A DNA stretch of 63,171 nucleotides, the filler included, from Octopus bimaculoides (lineage: Eukaryota), in the NCBI RefSeq assembly GCF_001194135.2. It is 5 parts of 4 records of this genome, joined end to end, with 100 filler letters (N's around TTAATTAATTAA, not from the genome) between each part and the next. Parts side by side here need not be neighbours in the genome. Positions count along the whole stretch, not along the records: positions 1 to 31,436 come from NC_068992.1; positions 31,537 to 34,570 come from NW_026335278.1; positions 34,671 to 46,468 come from NC_068999.1; 2 more parts are not named here. One strand, written 5' to 3'. Below the pieces are notes generated by a model. The model was not told where the DNA came from, made no database searches, and was given only the letters and a program-made list of their open reading frames with translations. Below, piece by piece: positions 26,370 to 38,782 of this stretch. The position numbers and the translations under genes were made by a program. The first letter of the stretch is position 1, and every line of letters begins with the position of its first letter.

Positions 26370-28400
26370 CATATATATTTATATACATATATAGGTGTCT
26401 GTGTGTGTGCATGCGTGTGCGTGCGCGTATGTATGTATACATGTATATGTCTGAATAAACATGCGTAAGATTAGGTATTTCATTGGCGAGTCTTAAGTGA
26501 TTAATTTGAACTAGGAACTATAGCAGTTGTGATCATATATGATAGCTAATTCCACAAGCCTAGACTAGTTCAACTCAGTTTCTTCATAATGCTGATGATG
26601 ACTCGTTAAGAAGACGAAAACGATGTTCCAGTTTACTGTAACCACTAACACAAATATCAATCATATAATTAAGTTGTAATTCCAATGTAAGTGTTACTTG
26701 CCAAACTGTGGAGACTGAGTTGTTCTTTTCTGAGTCGACTAAATAGTGATTGACATATTATGATTAGATAATTTTTTTCATTTCATTAAACCAATTGGAA
26801 ATATGTCTGTTTATTTCAAATATTATATCAAGAAATATTAATCGATTGAAGGACACTATCGAAAATTAATTGTTTTGAAATCAAATGAATTTTCTTCATT
26901 TTACATTGCACTTAAGAAATCTTCACATCACGATATCTCCACTAACGTCACTTCACTCGTATTTTTTGTATGTTTTCCGATACAATATATGTATCGAATC
27001 ATATTTAACATTTTTATTTCCAGTTTTTAATGTACATTATCCCATCCCTAACCATCAACTTTAGTAAAATTATGCTTTTATCTCGTCACACTCTTTTTAT
27101 GCAACTTAAAAATTCCGCACATACGAGCATCATAAAAGTATGACGTTTATTTTGTTTACTACTGCAGATTTTTAATTCTCACCAACTGAGAAACATTCTC
27201 ATTGACACCAAGTACTCTACTATGTATGTATACACGTATACAATACATATTCAAATTTCATTGGTTTTTGAACACTTAATCCTCTTAAAATTCGCTAAGA
27301 AAATAATCATGGAGAAATAAACAATGATAATATCAATAGTATAAATTTTTTGCAGCTTATCTTTTAATATTAAGTAGTATTTCAATGAGAAGATATGACA
27401 AAAATATATAAAATATAAAAACTAACATATTAATTCATATTTAGTTTGTGGGTATTTAATATAAGAAGATTTTATAGTCATTAGAACACAGAAATGTGGA
27501 AAGATTACAAAGAAAAAAATACATTAGCGTATAGATTTCATACTTATATTATTGACTAATATATTAAATTGGTGACAACTAAGCAATCTGGATAGAGAGA
27601 CACACATACTAATTATGATACATACTCAAATCACATAGTCACCGTAACTTATGATAAAATAACTTCAGAATATTGACGATAATTGGAAGAAAAGAAGCAC
27701 AGTACGACAATTTGAGCTTCAGTTCAAATTAAATGCTTAGAATTAAAAATGTTGAGAGAGAATTGACTACAAATTAACATAGTAGGAACAATCACATTAT
27801 CACCGATGAACAGTGTCTTTGGATATTTCGTATACAAAATTTATTTGCATTTTCTGCTTTTTTCCAATTAGTGTGATTCGACCTCTTTACCTACATATTA
27901 CTGATGTGTTTTGCAAATGCTGAGAGAATTTTACTAAAGCCATCTTAGTAACTATTGTTATCAAACAAATGCCGAGTGGTATTCCAGAGAAATCATTCAC
28001 ATTGTTTTCAACTTTCTATATTTTCATGATATCTCACATCTGTAAATATAATGTTTTTTTAAAACTGAGTGATATTTGGTGAGAAACGAGAATATTTTCA
28101 ATTGAAATAAGACATTTCTGACTAAAACCTGAAAATATACCCAAAATTTAAACAAAGAAATACTCAAATTCTGTGTCGCAATTCATGTATGCACTCATAC
28201 ACACGTACATACATACACAAGTGCATAAACAAACACAAATATATACACACAAAATATGCTGTAATTTGTAATTTACACATCCATTTATTTATGCCATACA
28301 AATATATATGAATCTATATATACATATATACATATATATCACTTTGTAATAATTATATATATCAATATATAATGATATATATATATATACACACACACAG

Positions 28401-28445
<45 letters not shown>

Positions 28446-29850
28446 CATTCAATCCGGTGGTGTCAACAGCACTAAAATAAGTGTTGTGTGGGAAGAAGCA
28501 TACCAAAGAAACCACAACTTTCAAGCACATTTACCCTATGTATATATATATATATATATATATATCCACACACACACACACACACATACACACACACACA
28601 CATATATATATATATATTTATAAATGCATATACTTATGTCTCTACATGTATAAATATACGCTTAATTATTCATAAATGCTGATATATATTTTGCTTCCCG
28701 AACATGTTGAGCTGCTATACATATTTTTCACATCAATATCTGTTCCTATGTATGAAGGAGAATGAGAGAGAAAAAGACACATTTTCAGTGAAAATATAGT
28801 TACACGAAAATTGCCCGATGTAAAGCGCCTATACAACGGGGGCATCTTAATGTTTAAAAACCGTATAGATAGCGGTGAAATCCTGAGTCTAATTATTAAA
28901 ATTTTTTTCATGTTGGTGACTTATTCTGTACACGTGAGTATGTATCAATAAGAAATCGATATGAAGAAATTTGCCCAGTGGTAGTCAAAGTACCAATAAA
29001 GTATGTCACAGTCGATGCAATATAATAACACAAATGTAAAGTATAACTGATATTAGCAATACCAATATAGAAATAATGAAAAATAACCGTCACTAGTCCG
29101 CAGTTTATCCTCTACATTTTACCCGTATTAAATAGATAGAGAACTATCATCTTCAGCAGCAGTATATATTTGCTTGCGATTCATAGGTTATAAATCACAA
29201 AGGTTTTTCGTAGTTGGTATTTTTAAGATGACACGTATTTAGATGCTTTGGTTACAGGCGTATTCTAGGTCTTTATTAAAATCAATTGCTTCAAAATTTG
29301 TGTAGCATGCGTAATTAAACGAGAACTTTAATAACACTTCGAAGTTTACATAATTTAAGTCTAAATCGACTTGTTATGTCGAACCATCCTAACACAACTG
29401 CGTACTACCGGACATTGCAAGCATGGCTTGCAATTTAAGTGATGAATAACGAGGACGAAAGCTGTAATAAAAACGAAGCTGCTTGAAGTTTAAAACCGGT
29501 CGATGATACTCTCAGGCTAAATTCCATACAGTTTTCTAAATACTCTGCTACACTTCTGTGTGCAGAGATAATCGACAGCTGTTGTTCAGTAGATTGCTAT
29601 TCAAAACACACAGTAATAATACGGATTTCCATTTGAGACAAAGTAATTTCTTAATTGCGTTTCAGTCACTTTTCCATTAAGAGTATGTGTATAGGTAATT
29701 CGAAGGAGAAAATCAATACAATTGTTTCCTTTCATCATAAAATCATTTGTTTTCTTCTGGAATTTATGCTATAATCAGAAGTCTTCAAAACTTAGACAAT
29801 AGTTAGCAACACAAAACAGCAACAACCAATACACACGCACACACACACAC

Positions 29851-29903
<53 letters not shown>

Positions 29904-30545
29904 ATCATGTGTGTATTTGTAACAATGTATATATGCGAGTGTAAGTCATGTGTGAGTGTAATCTCTCTCCCACTCTGTCTCACTTTCAGTAATTCTCTCT
30001 CTATTATATATATATTTACATGCACACACCACTGAACACACATTTGCACATACACACACACGAACACACAGACACGCAAATATTAGCTTTCCACTAATTT
30101 GATAATCGGTACAAATTGAGGTTATGTCTACAGAATGTTGAGAATTTCGTCAGCAATAGTATATCAGAGGTGCTATTATCCTGACAATTCATGTGATAAA
30201 GAAGTTCCTGCCTATATCTATACATAGTGGGACGTAAATTTTATAGATTTATACCATCGGGTAAAGATGTCTCGATGACTGTAGTATAATAACTGTAGGT
30301 GTTAAATAGGATGTACAACTATAATTTCGTTTCTGTTTAGCAATTTTCTTGTTTATGTTGTTTTTTCAACACTCAACAGAAACAAAATGGATTAAACTGA
30401 CAGCACAAACAGTCATGTCAACATTGATTAGTGCGAGACATATGTGCTGTCATAGCATAAATACAATTAATTCGATTTTATTCGTTTGTAACTAATGACT
30501 AACTTTCGAGTATACTCGAATAATGCACTAATTGATTCATATTTG

Positions 30546-30631
<86 letters not shown>

Positions 30632-30636
30632 GTAGT

Positions 30637-30668
<32 letters not shown>

Positions 30669-30678
30669 CACCACCACC

Positions 30679-30741
<63 letters not shown>

Positions 30742-30800
30742 ACTGCTACTGCTGCTACTCCTGCTGCTTGTACGACGATGACAACGACGGCAACCACAAG
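30546..30800. repeat. Compound triplet repeat (ACT/ACC/AAC/GCT)n
   Basis: Direct reading. Confidence 0.92.
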
Positions 30801-31056
30801 ATACAAGAAGAATAGTTGGGTGATCCATTCAATTCTACTTATATATTTTAGTGTTTATAGAACATTTTAATTTTAATTTTAAAGTTTGCTTATTAACTAA
30901 CTGTCATTTTTCAAAACATACATTCTAATCTTTCAACGACAAAACAGTTATACCAAATAACCATTTGTTTAGTTACTTACTGCACAAACTACTACTAGTT
31001 TAAATGTGTTCTGTGCGAGCACCACACGGAATTTCCGTTCGAAAATATGTTATAGT

Positions 31057-31436
31057 ATTACAGCAATGAATTCCGGGTAGAGGTAGGGGTCCATCAAGGT
31101 TCCGTCCTCAGCCCCCTCTTATTTATCATAGTCCTCCAGGCAATCACAGAGGAGTTCAAGACAGGTTGCCCCTGGGAGCTCCTCTATGCTGATGACCTTG
31201 CCCTAATAGCGGAGTCACTATCAGAACTAGAGTAGAAGTTTCAGGTGTGGAAGCAAGGTCTAGAATTGAAGGGCCTTAGAGTCAACCTAGCTAAAACCAA
31301 AATCCTAATAAGTAGGAAGGTAGATAAAACACAAACCCCTTCAGGTAGATGGCCCTGCTCAGTATGTAGAAAAGGAGTAGGTAGTAACTCTATAAGATGT
31401 ACCCGGTGCAAGCTATGGACACATAAGAGGTGCAGC
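31057..31436 (+). mobile_element. RTE-clade LINE reverse-transcriptase fragment, 5'-truncated, runs into gap
   Basis: EFRVEVGVHQGSVLSPLLFIIV...WELLYADDLALIAES...GLRVNLAKTK followed by WPCSVCRKGVGSNSIRCTRCKLWTHKRCS; a single in-frame TAG at 31233. Confidence 0.9.
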
Positions 31437-31480
31437 NNNNNNNNNNNNNNNNNNNNNNNNNNNNNNNNNNNNNNNNNNNN

Positions 31481-31492
31481 TTAATTAATTAA
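31481..31492. other. Assembly gap linker TTAATTAATTAA (also 34615-34626, 46513-46524, 60152-60163)
   Basis: Identical palindromic 12-mer with stops in all six frames, centred in N-runs four times; not biological. Confidence 0.95.
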
Positions 31493-33540
31493 NNNNNNNN
31501 NNNNNNNNNNNNNNNNNNNNNNNNNNNNNNNNNNNNCAAGCAAGCTTTCCCGCTTCATTCTGTCTCTTCCTTGCTGGCCAGCGATTGAGCATGGACGTGT
31601 TTAGCTGTCTCTCTCCATCTTTCGAACTTATGCTCGACAGCTCGCTTACATCTACATACCAACGTCCCAACAACAATGCTCACACACACAGAAGCTGTAA
31701 CAACAAACAAGAGCTAAAGATGTATATATTTACCACCTGAATAAATGTTGTTTAAGTTGATAGTCTGGAGTTCAGCGTTCCGTTATATTCTTAATATTAT
31801 ATAGGAAAGTCAGGTATACATCTAATGATGTATAACCCACTTTCCTATAAGGTTATAAGATGAACGGGGGTCACCAATTGTAACGGTATCGAAATGTTAT
31901 TGTGAAGCAATGAGTGCAACGGTTGTATGATGAACGATAAAGAGTGATCGAAATTTTTATAGAAATATTTATTTACCGTTACGTTAATAAATGCCATACC
32001 ACGACGGGTAGGTTAGTGTAATCGTATAATGCAGTTCTTAAAACATGCAAGGTAAAGAAAGTTAATTTCGGCCTGTATAGATGTGTACACATTCTTGTAG
32101 TAATAAACAGATAAAAAGATAGGGTAAGGTTACCGAGAAAAGGATGCGAGCTATTGATAGTTATAGAGTCGAGGGAAGTTGTGTCTCATAGTTGGCTGGT
32201 TGCAAACTTCTTTCACCCTTTGGCCGTTTTGTCTTTAGGTGGCTGCCTACTTGTGACTATATCTGTAGATGTCCATTCCCTAACTAATTGAGTTGTCACG
32301 AGTTGCTTCGCTCTGTTCTCACCGACTGGTGACTAAACAAAATTTTGCTTGAGGTTTCCTTGCTTTTATAACGATCTAGAAGGACAGATATATTACTGAG
32401 AACAATGGATTTAGCTGGGGGTCTTGTTATCTCTATTCTAGATTTTGATGGAGTAGAAGAGATTAGAAAGGGTTAAGTGGTGGAGACATTGTTTCGGCCC
32501 AGCCAAAGGCATCTGGAAAATATTAAATTGCTGTCAGATCACAACCATTGTTCCACCGTGGGAAAAGTTCTGACGCAGTGTTAATTTAAATTTGGGTATA
32601 GTGGATCGAATCCACTTCATGCCTGCATGATTCACTACACACATATATGTGTATATATATATNNNNNNNNNNNNNNNNNNNNNNNNNNNNNNNNNNNNNN
32701 NNNNNNNNNNNNNNNNNNNNNNNNNNNNNNNNNNNNNNNNNNNNNNNNNNNNNNNNNNNNNNNNNNNNNNNNNNNNNNNNNNNNNNNNNNNNNNNNNNNN
32801 NNNNNNNNNNNNNNNNNNNNNNNNNNNNNNNNNNNNNNNNNNNNNNNNNNNNNNNNNNNNNNNNNNNNNNNNNNNNNNNNNNNNNNNNNNNNNNNNNNNN
32901 NNNNNNNNNNNNNNNNNNNNNNNNNNNNNNNNNNNNNNNNNNNNNNNNNNNNNNNNNNNNNNNNNNNNNNNNNNNNNNNNNNNNNNNNNNNNNNNNNNNN
33001 NNNNNNNNNNNNNNNNNNNNNNNNNNNNNNNNNNNNNNNNNNNNNNNNNNNNNNNNNNNNNNNNNNNNNNNNNNNNNNNNNNNNNNNNNNNNNNNNNNNN
33101 NNNNNNNNNNNNNNNNNNNNNNNNNNNNNNNNNNNNNNNNNNNNNNNNNNNNNNNNNNNNNNNNNNNNNNNNNNNNNNNNNNNNNNNNNNNNNNNNNNNN
33201 NNNNNNNNNNNNNNNNNNNNNNNNNNNNNNNNNNNNNNNNNNNNNNNNNNNNNNNNNNNNNNNNNNNNNNNNNNNNNNNNNNNNNNNNNNNNNNNNNNNN
33301 NNNNNNNNNNNNNNNNNNNNNNNNNNNNNNNNNNNNNNNNNNNNNNNNNNNNNNNNNNNNNNNNNNNNNNNNNNNNNNNNNNNNNNNNNNNNNNNNNNNN
33401 NNNNNNNNNNNNNNNNNNNNNNNNNNNNNNNNNNNNNNNNNNNNNNNNNNNNNNNNNNNNNNNNNNNNNNNNNNNNNNNNNNNNNNNNNNNNNNNNNNNN
33501 NNNNNNNNNNNNNNNNNNNNNNNNNNNNNNNNNNNNNNNN

Positions 33541-34570
33541 GGAGAGGAAGGTGCAGGCTGCCGTTTTGCACACCAAAGACCCCCGCCACATAAACATGAA
33601 ACGACAGAACCCACCTGCGAAAAGGAAAGGACTACGCACCACCTGCCCCAAAACGGAGGTACGCAGATCTAGTGCGTGCTACAAACCAGACCTATCAATA
33701 TGTTGTTGAAAGGGCAGCTGCTGAACAACAATCTTTTTTGTGCATGGCACAAAAGATGGTACAGCAACTGACCTGGCTACAATCTCACAAATGGGACTAT
33801 CCCCAATACACAAGACCACCACAGCAAATAAATCCAAGATGGGCACCACTGGCAACAACACGCACATCACATCGGTGCTCTTACTGAAAATCAGGACTGT
33901 TATCACTTAGTAACAGGGCAAAAATCCCTTTCTTGAGAGACCTTGTTGCTTGCAATCAAGCCTTATGCATAGCACTTAGGGAAACACACCTGAAAGCAGA
34001 TATAGGAAATGCAGAAATACACATACCATAGTATGTTGTATTACGGACCGACAGGAAAGAAAGGAGTCATGGTGGAGTTGCTATGTACATCCCAGGTCCT
34101 TTTGTCACACTCAAATTCAGTATGTGACATACTAATTGTACATATAAGACAACTCAATGTTGTTATATGTGCTACATATCGCCCTCCAGATGCTCCAAAT
34201 CATGTAGGCAAGTTTGAAAACTGCCTTACAAAAATAGAAGTTCTAGTCACATTAGAACAACACATAAGTGTACTTCTTATGGGAAACTTCAATCTGCCCA
34301 ATGTCAGATGTCCCGAGGGCCTTTCTCTCCCAGGAATGACACGATACGAACAAGGACAGGTGAAGTCCCACCTGAACCTCGCCAACACTTTGTACATGGA
34401 ACAAATAGTACTCCAGCCAACTGGATCTCTGCTTCACAAATAATATGGATCTCATCCATAATGTGAAAGGGACACCGACGCTACTCTCGGATCACATGGT
34501 AGAGCTGACCATATACGGATCAAAGGAAACCATGGACATGCAACCTACAAGAAACTCTCAGAATCTTTCC
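33541..34570 (+). mobile_element. CR1/L2-like LINE fragment: end of ORF1 and APE endonuclease pseudogene
   Basis: Frameshifted pieces IPFLRDLVACNQALCIALRETHLKADIG, DRKERSHGGV, VICATYRPPDAP, VLLMGNFNLPNV, MEQIVLQPT are AP-endonuclease motifs of non-LTR elements. Confidence 0.85.
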
Positions 34571-34797
34571 NNNNNNNNNNNNNNNNNNNNNNNNNNNNNN
34601 NNNNNNNNNNNNNNTTAATTAATTAANNNNNNNNNNNNNNNNNNNNNNNNNNNNNNNNNNNNNNNNNNNNGAGTGTGTGTGGTGTGGTGTGGTGTGGTGT
34701 GTCGTGGTGTGTCAGACTACGTGCTGTTGCTGTAAACTGCTGCTGAGTATCGGGTGAGATACGCATTCGAGAATTTCACATTCCGCCATAGGATGCT

Positions 34798-34839
<42 letters not shown>

Positions 34840-34987
34840 CCTTTCCCTTTATCCGCTTGCATCAACCATCGCAAAAGTTTATAATTACGGTTGTAACCGA
34901 ATTTCCTTCTACATTTTTATATATATATATATATATTTTTAAATATTTCTATTCGACATATTTAGAGTTCATTGCTTTCCTGTACAC

Positions 34988-35334
34988 CAGGGATGTCAAA
35001 CACGCGGCCCTTTTCATATACAAGTGAGGCCCGCGATTAGCTTAGCTTAAAAATTTTATAAACGAGGAACTCCATCCAGCCCGCCTCAGAAATAAAAAAA
35101 AACTATAATAAAAGACATTAACCTAATTAATAAAATTAAGATTATTGATAAGCAAATAAAAAGTTTTAAAATATCTTCATTGTGAACACGTGTTTAGAAA
35201 TATGCGCCCCCCCCGCCCCGAGGGCAACATGCATGTGAGCAATGCGGCTCCCATGGCAACATACATGTGAGCAATGCGGCTCCCATGTATGTGAGCAATG
35301 CGGCCCATAGAGACTCTGCAGTTTCACATATCTG
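34988..35334. mobile_element. hAT (Charlie-like) non-autonomous element with 8-bp TSD
   Basis: TIRs CAGGGATGTCAAAC / CAGATATGTGAAAC; TSD CTGTACAC (34980-87) and CTTTACAC (35335-42); subterminal GTGAGCAATGCGGC repeat x3. Confidence 0.85.
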
Positions 35335-35766
35335 CTTTACACTGTTTCATCACACACCGTACCTAAACCTAGATATTTTACGCACACAGCCATACACACA
35401 CACATGTGCATATCATAATGCTTTTTATTAATTCTATTCATTGGACTGCGGCCATGCTGGGGCACCGGCCTCCAAGGATTTAGTCAGCCATATCGCACGA
35501 CGCAGTTATATATTTTATCGACTTCTTCTTTTGCTTGTAATCCAAGATTAAGACGCAGAAATATACAAAACCCAGTTTTTTTTCTCTCTCTTCAAACAAT
35601 TACACACACACACACACACACGTAAATATCACAAGATGGAGCATAGTCTCTGTGTAACAAAATATTGGTTGATTCGAACTGAAGTAACAACATTGCTACG
35701 CAATAGACTCATACCTTGAGCTAAGTATAGTGCAATTCCTAATTTCTCGCGATACAGCTGTATGAA

Positions 35767-35798
<32 letters not shown>

Positions 35799-36353
35799 NN
35801 NNNNNNNNNNNNNNNNNNNNNNNNNNNNNNNNNNNNNNNNNNNNNNNNNNNNNNNNNNNNNNNNNNNNNNNNNNNNNNNNNNNNNNNNNNNNNNNNNNNN
35901 NNNNNNNNNNNNNNNNNNNNNNNNNNNNNNNNNNNNNNNNNNNNNNNNNNNNNNNNNNNNNNNNNNNNNNNNNNNNNNNNNNNNNNNNNNNNNNNNNNNN
36001 NNNNNNNNNNNNNNNNNNNNNNNNNNNNNNNNNNNNNNNNNNNNNNNNNNNNNNNNNNNNNNNNNNNNNNNNNNNNNNNNNNNNNNNNNNNNNNNNNNNN
36101 NNNNNNNNNNNNNNNNNNNNNNNNNNNNNNNNNNNNNNNNNNNNNNNNNNNNNNNNNNNNNNNNNNNNNNNNNNNNNNNNNNNNNNNNNNNNNNNNNNNN
36201 NNNNNNNNNNNNNNNNNNNNNNNNNNNNNNNNNNNNNNNNNNNNNNNNNNNNNNNNNNNNNNNNNNNNNNNNNNNNNNNNNNNNNNNNNNNNNNNNNNNN
36301 NNNNNNNNNNNNNNNNNNNNNNNNNNNNNNNNNNNNNNNNNNNNNNNNNNNNN

Positions 36354-36370
36354 CGACGCTCTTCCGATCT
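36354..36370 (+). other. Illumina adapter remnant CGACGCTCTTCCGATCT at contig edge
   Basis: Exact 17-nt match to the 3' end of the Illumina read-1 adapter (ACACGACGCTCTTCCGATCT), directly after an N-gap. Confidence 0.9.
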
Positions 36371-36624
36371 ATATATATTGTAATACTGAAGTCAAAGTAA
36401 ATGATGATATTATGAAACTATTTAATACGTACGTTTCAGGTGAGCGCAATATATAATAGGAAATGGATTCATTACGTTTTACCTTCCTCAGTTAAAATAT
36501 TTCAAAATATGAACCAGTTGATGGAAATATTTCACATAATGGATGCATTTTCTATTATAAATTACGCAAACCCGAAATGCACATGCTAAATGATTAGAAA
36601 ATATCACCATTTGATTTGACTATG

Positions 36625-36715
36625 GTAGAAGACATTTGCCCAAAGTGATACGTAGTGGGACTGAACCCGAAACGATGTGGTTGGAAAGCAAGCTACTTAC
36701 CACACAGCCACTCAT
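36625..36715 (-). mobile_element. SINE family A, 5' head fragment
   Basis: GTGGCTGTGTGGTAAGTAGCTTGC...GGGTTCAGTCCCACT on the minus strand. Confidence 0.75.
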
Positions 36716-36988
36716 ACATATGCACGTACGCACATATACACATTATGTTTAACTGCTGTGAATTTTTGTCAACGAATGGAAAACATGAGTGCTCAATACA
36801 TCAAACAGAGTATATAATATATTTAATCTAAATTCCGGTGCTGCGTTCCAAGCTTCACGCCATGGTGACTGTCAGTCGACTGACGATCGGTGGAGCGTGA
36901 AACTCAACTCGAGTTACGAGAAAAGAATTCAGTCGAAATACCCTACATGCTCTACATGCATACAGAGAAAGAGAGAGAGAGAGAGAGT

Positions 36989-37031
<43 letters not shown>

Positions 37032-37086
37032 AAGAAGTTTCATGTATAAACAAACCGTTGTACTTCAAACTAACATTACGCACCAT

Positions 37087-37130
<44 letters not shown>

Positions 37131-37204
37131 GTATATAGGCGCAGTGTATGTCCATATATATATAGTACGCAATGTGTGTGTGTGTGTGTGTTTATATATA
37201 TATA

Positions 37205-37453
37205 TTCTTTTACTTGTTTCAGTCATTTGACTGCGGCCATGTTGGCGCACCACCTTCAGTCGAACAAATCGATCGCAGGACTTATTCTTTGTAAGCCTAG
37301 TACTTATTCTATCGGTCCCTTTTGCTGATACCGATAGAGTAAGTAAAAAGGCTTACAAAGAATAAGTTCTGGGGTTGATTCCTTCGACTAAAACACTCTT
37401 TTAGGCGGTGATCCAGCATGGCCGCAGTCAAATGATTGAAACATGTAAAAGAG
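37205..37453. mobile_element. Two SINE family A 3' halves fused in inverted orientation (13-nt spacer)
   Basis: 37205-37316 (-) and 37330-37453 (+) meet at CTATCGGT-CCCTTTTGCTGAT-ACCGATAG. Confidence 0.88.
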
Positions 37454-37802
37454 TAATATATATATATATATATATATTACAGGCGCGTGTGTTTGTATAT
37501 ATATAAGTACGTACGTACGTATGTATGTATGTATGTATATATACCATATACATATAAAACATAAACGTGTGAATTGATGATGATGAAGACGAAGACAACA
37601 ACGCCGACGACGATGATGATGATGATGGTGGTGACGAAGACGATGACGGCGAGAAAGCCACTTACTTTGAATTCTTCGTTTCCGTGCAGACAGTTTTAAT
37701 TCACTGAACGCCTAAGGTCTGCTGCTGAAGGTTTAAACCTAACAAGTCCGTCGTTTTTGTCATCCCTAGCAGACGATGGAGCAGCCATCAACGATCGTTA
37801 TT

Positions 37803-37850
<48 letters not shown>

Positions 37851-37982
37851 CAATCACAACAGCTCCATTATATGGCAACGACGACGAGGATATATTAGCT
37901 TCAAAGAAACAAACAAACAAACAAAACAGATTAAAAGCGTAAATGATTCCGAGTCTGTGAGTCTGCTTTGTCAGTGTGTGAA

Positions 37983-38042
<60 letters not shown>
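37983..38042. repeat. (GATA)n tetranucleotide microsatellite (another at ~58680-58750)
   Basis: Direct reading. Confidence 0.92.
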
Positions 38043-38043
<1 letters not shown>

Positions 38044-38702
38044 GAACGAGAGAGGAGGAGAGCGAGAGAGCGTTTGTCTGCGTGTATGTGTATGCGCGCG
38101 AGCAAAGGAGAGACAGAAAGAGAGAGAGAGAGAGAGGGAAGGTAATGCTTTCATAGATAACAATTAAAGAAGGAAAACAACATTACGAAACAGCAGATAT
38201 GTTGCTGAGCAGGCGGACACCATTTTGAATATTGAATTGTTTATATATATATATGAAATATGCATGCATGTATAGCAATTGTATATGTTTCATATTCATG
38301 TGTCTGTATTTGTGGAAGTGTAAACTCAATTTGAGCGAGCTTGTAAATGAGTAGGAGTGAAGGAGAGAACGTAAGAGTGTGCGAGCGAGAATGAGAGTGA
38401 CAGCCGGTGACTGACCGATAGTGTATACGAAATAAGGACGTTAACCAATGATTATGAATTCTATCTTCACCTTAGCGACCGCCGTTATTTACGTATTTTT
38501 TTATTGTATAGGTATTTGCAGATATGTGTGTATGTATGTGTGTACGTGTGTATAAATACACATATATATGTGTACGTGTGTATGAAAAAAATATATATGT
38601 ATATTTATTTTTAATATGCATATATATGTGTATGTGTATGTGCGTATGAAAATATATATATATAAATATATTTACAATATGCATATATGTGTGCATAAGT
38701 GC

Positions 38703-38782
<80 letters not shown>

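Noticed and set aside
29120-29160. Minus-strand CTGAAGA followed by a perfect GATAG/CTATC stem
   Set aside because: No GAAA, stem III or stem I follows.
30249-30271. TTATACCATCGGGTAAAGATGTC, 19/23 identical to miR-8-3p (UAAUACUGUCAGGUAAAGAUGUC)
   Set aside because: Three of the four mismatches are in the seed and there is no complementary star arm upstream, so no precursor hairpin.
31879-31983. TGTAACGGTA...TACCGTTACG mini inverted repeat as an LTR
   Set aside because: Only 105 bp, with no TSD, PBS or PPT.
35225-35310. Short repeat array as CRISPR
   Set aside because: Tandem subterminal repeats of a hAT MITE with no unique spacers; eukaryotic context.
37865-37880. CCATTATATGG (and CCATATATTGG near 49575/49590) as CArG boxes
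   Set aside because: Seven A/T bases between CC and GG, not six.
38195-38240. CAAAATGGTGTCCGCC on the minus strand as a gene start or YY1 site
   Set aside because: The ORF ends after 19 codons, and there is no convincing donor or other promoter evidence.
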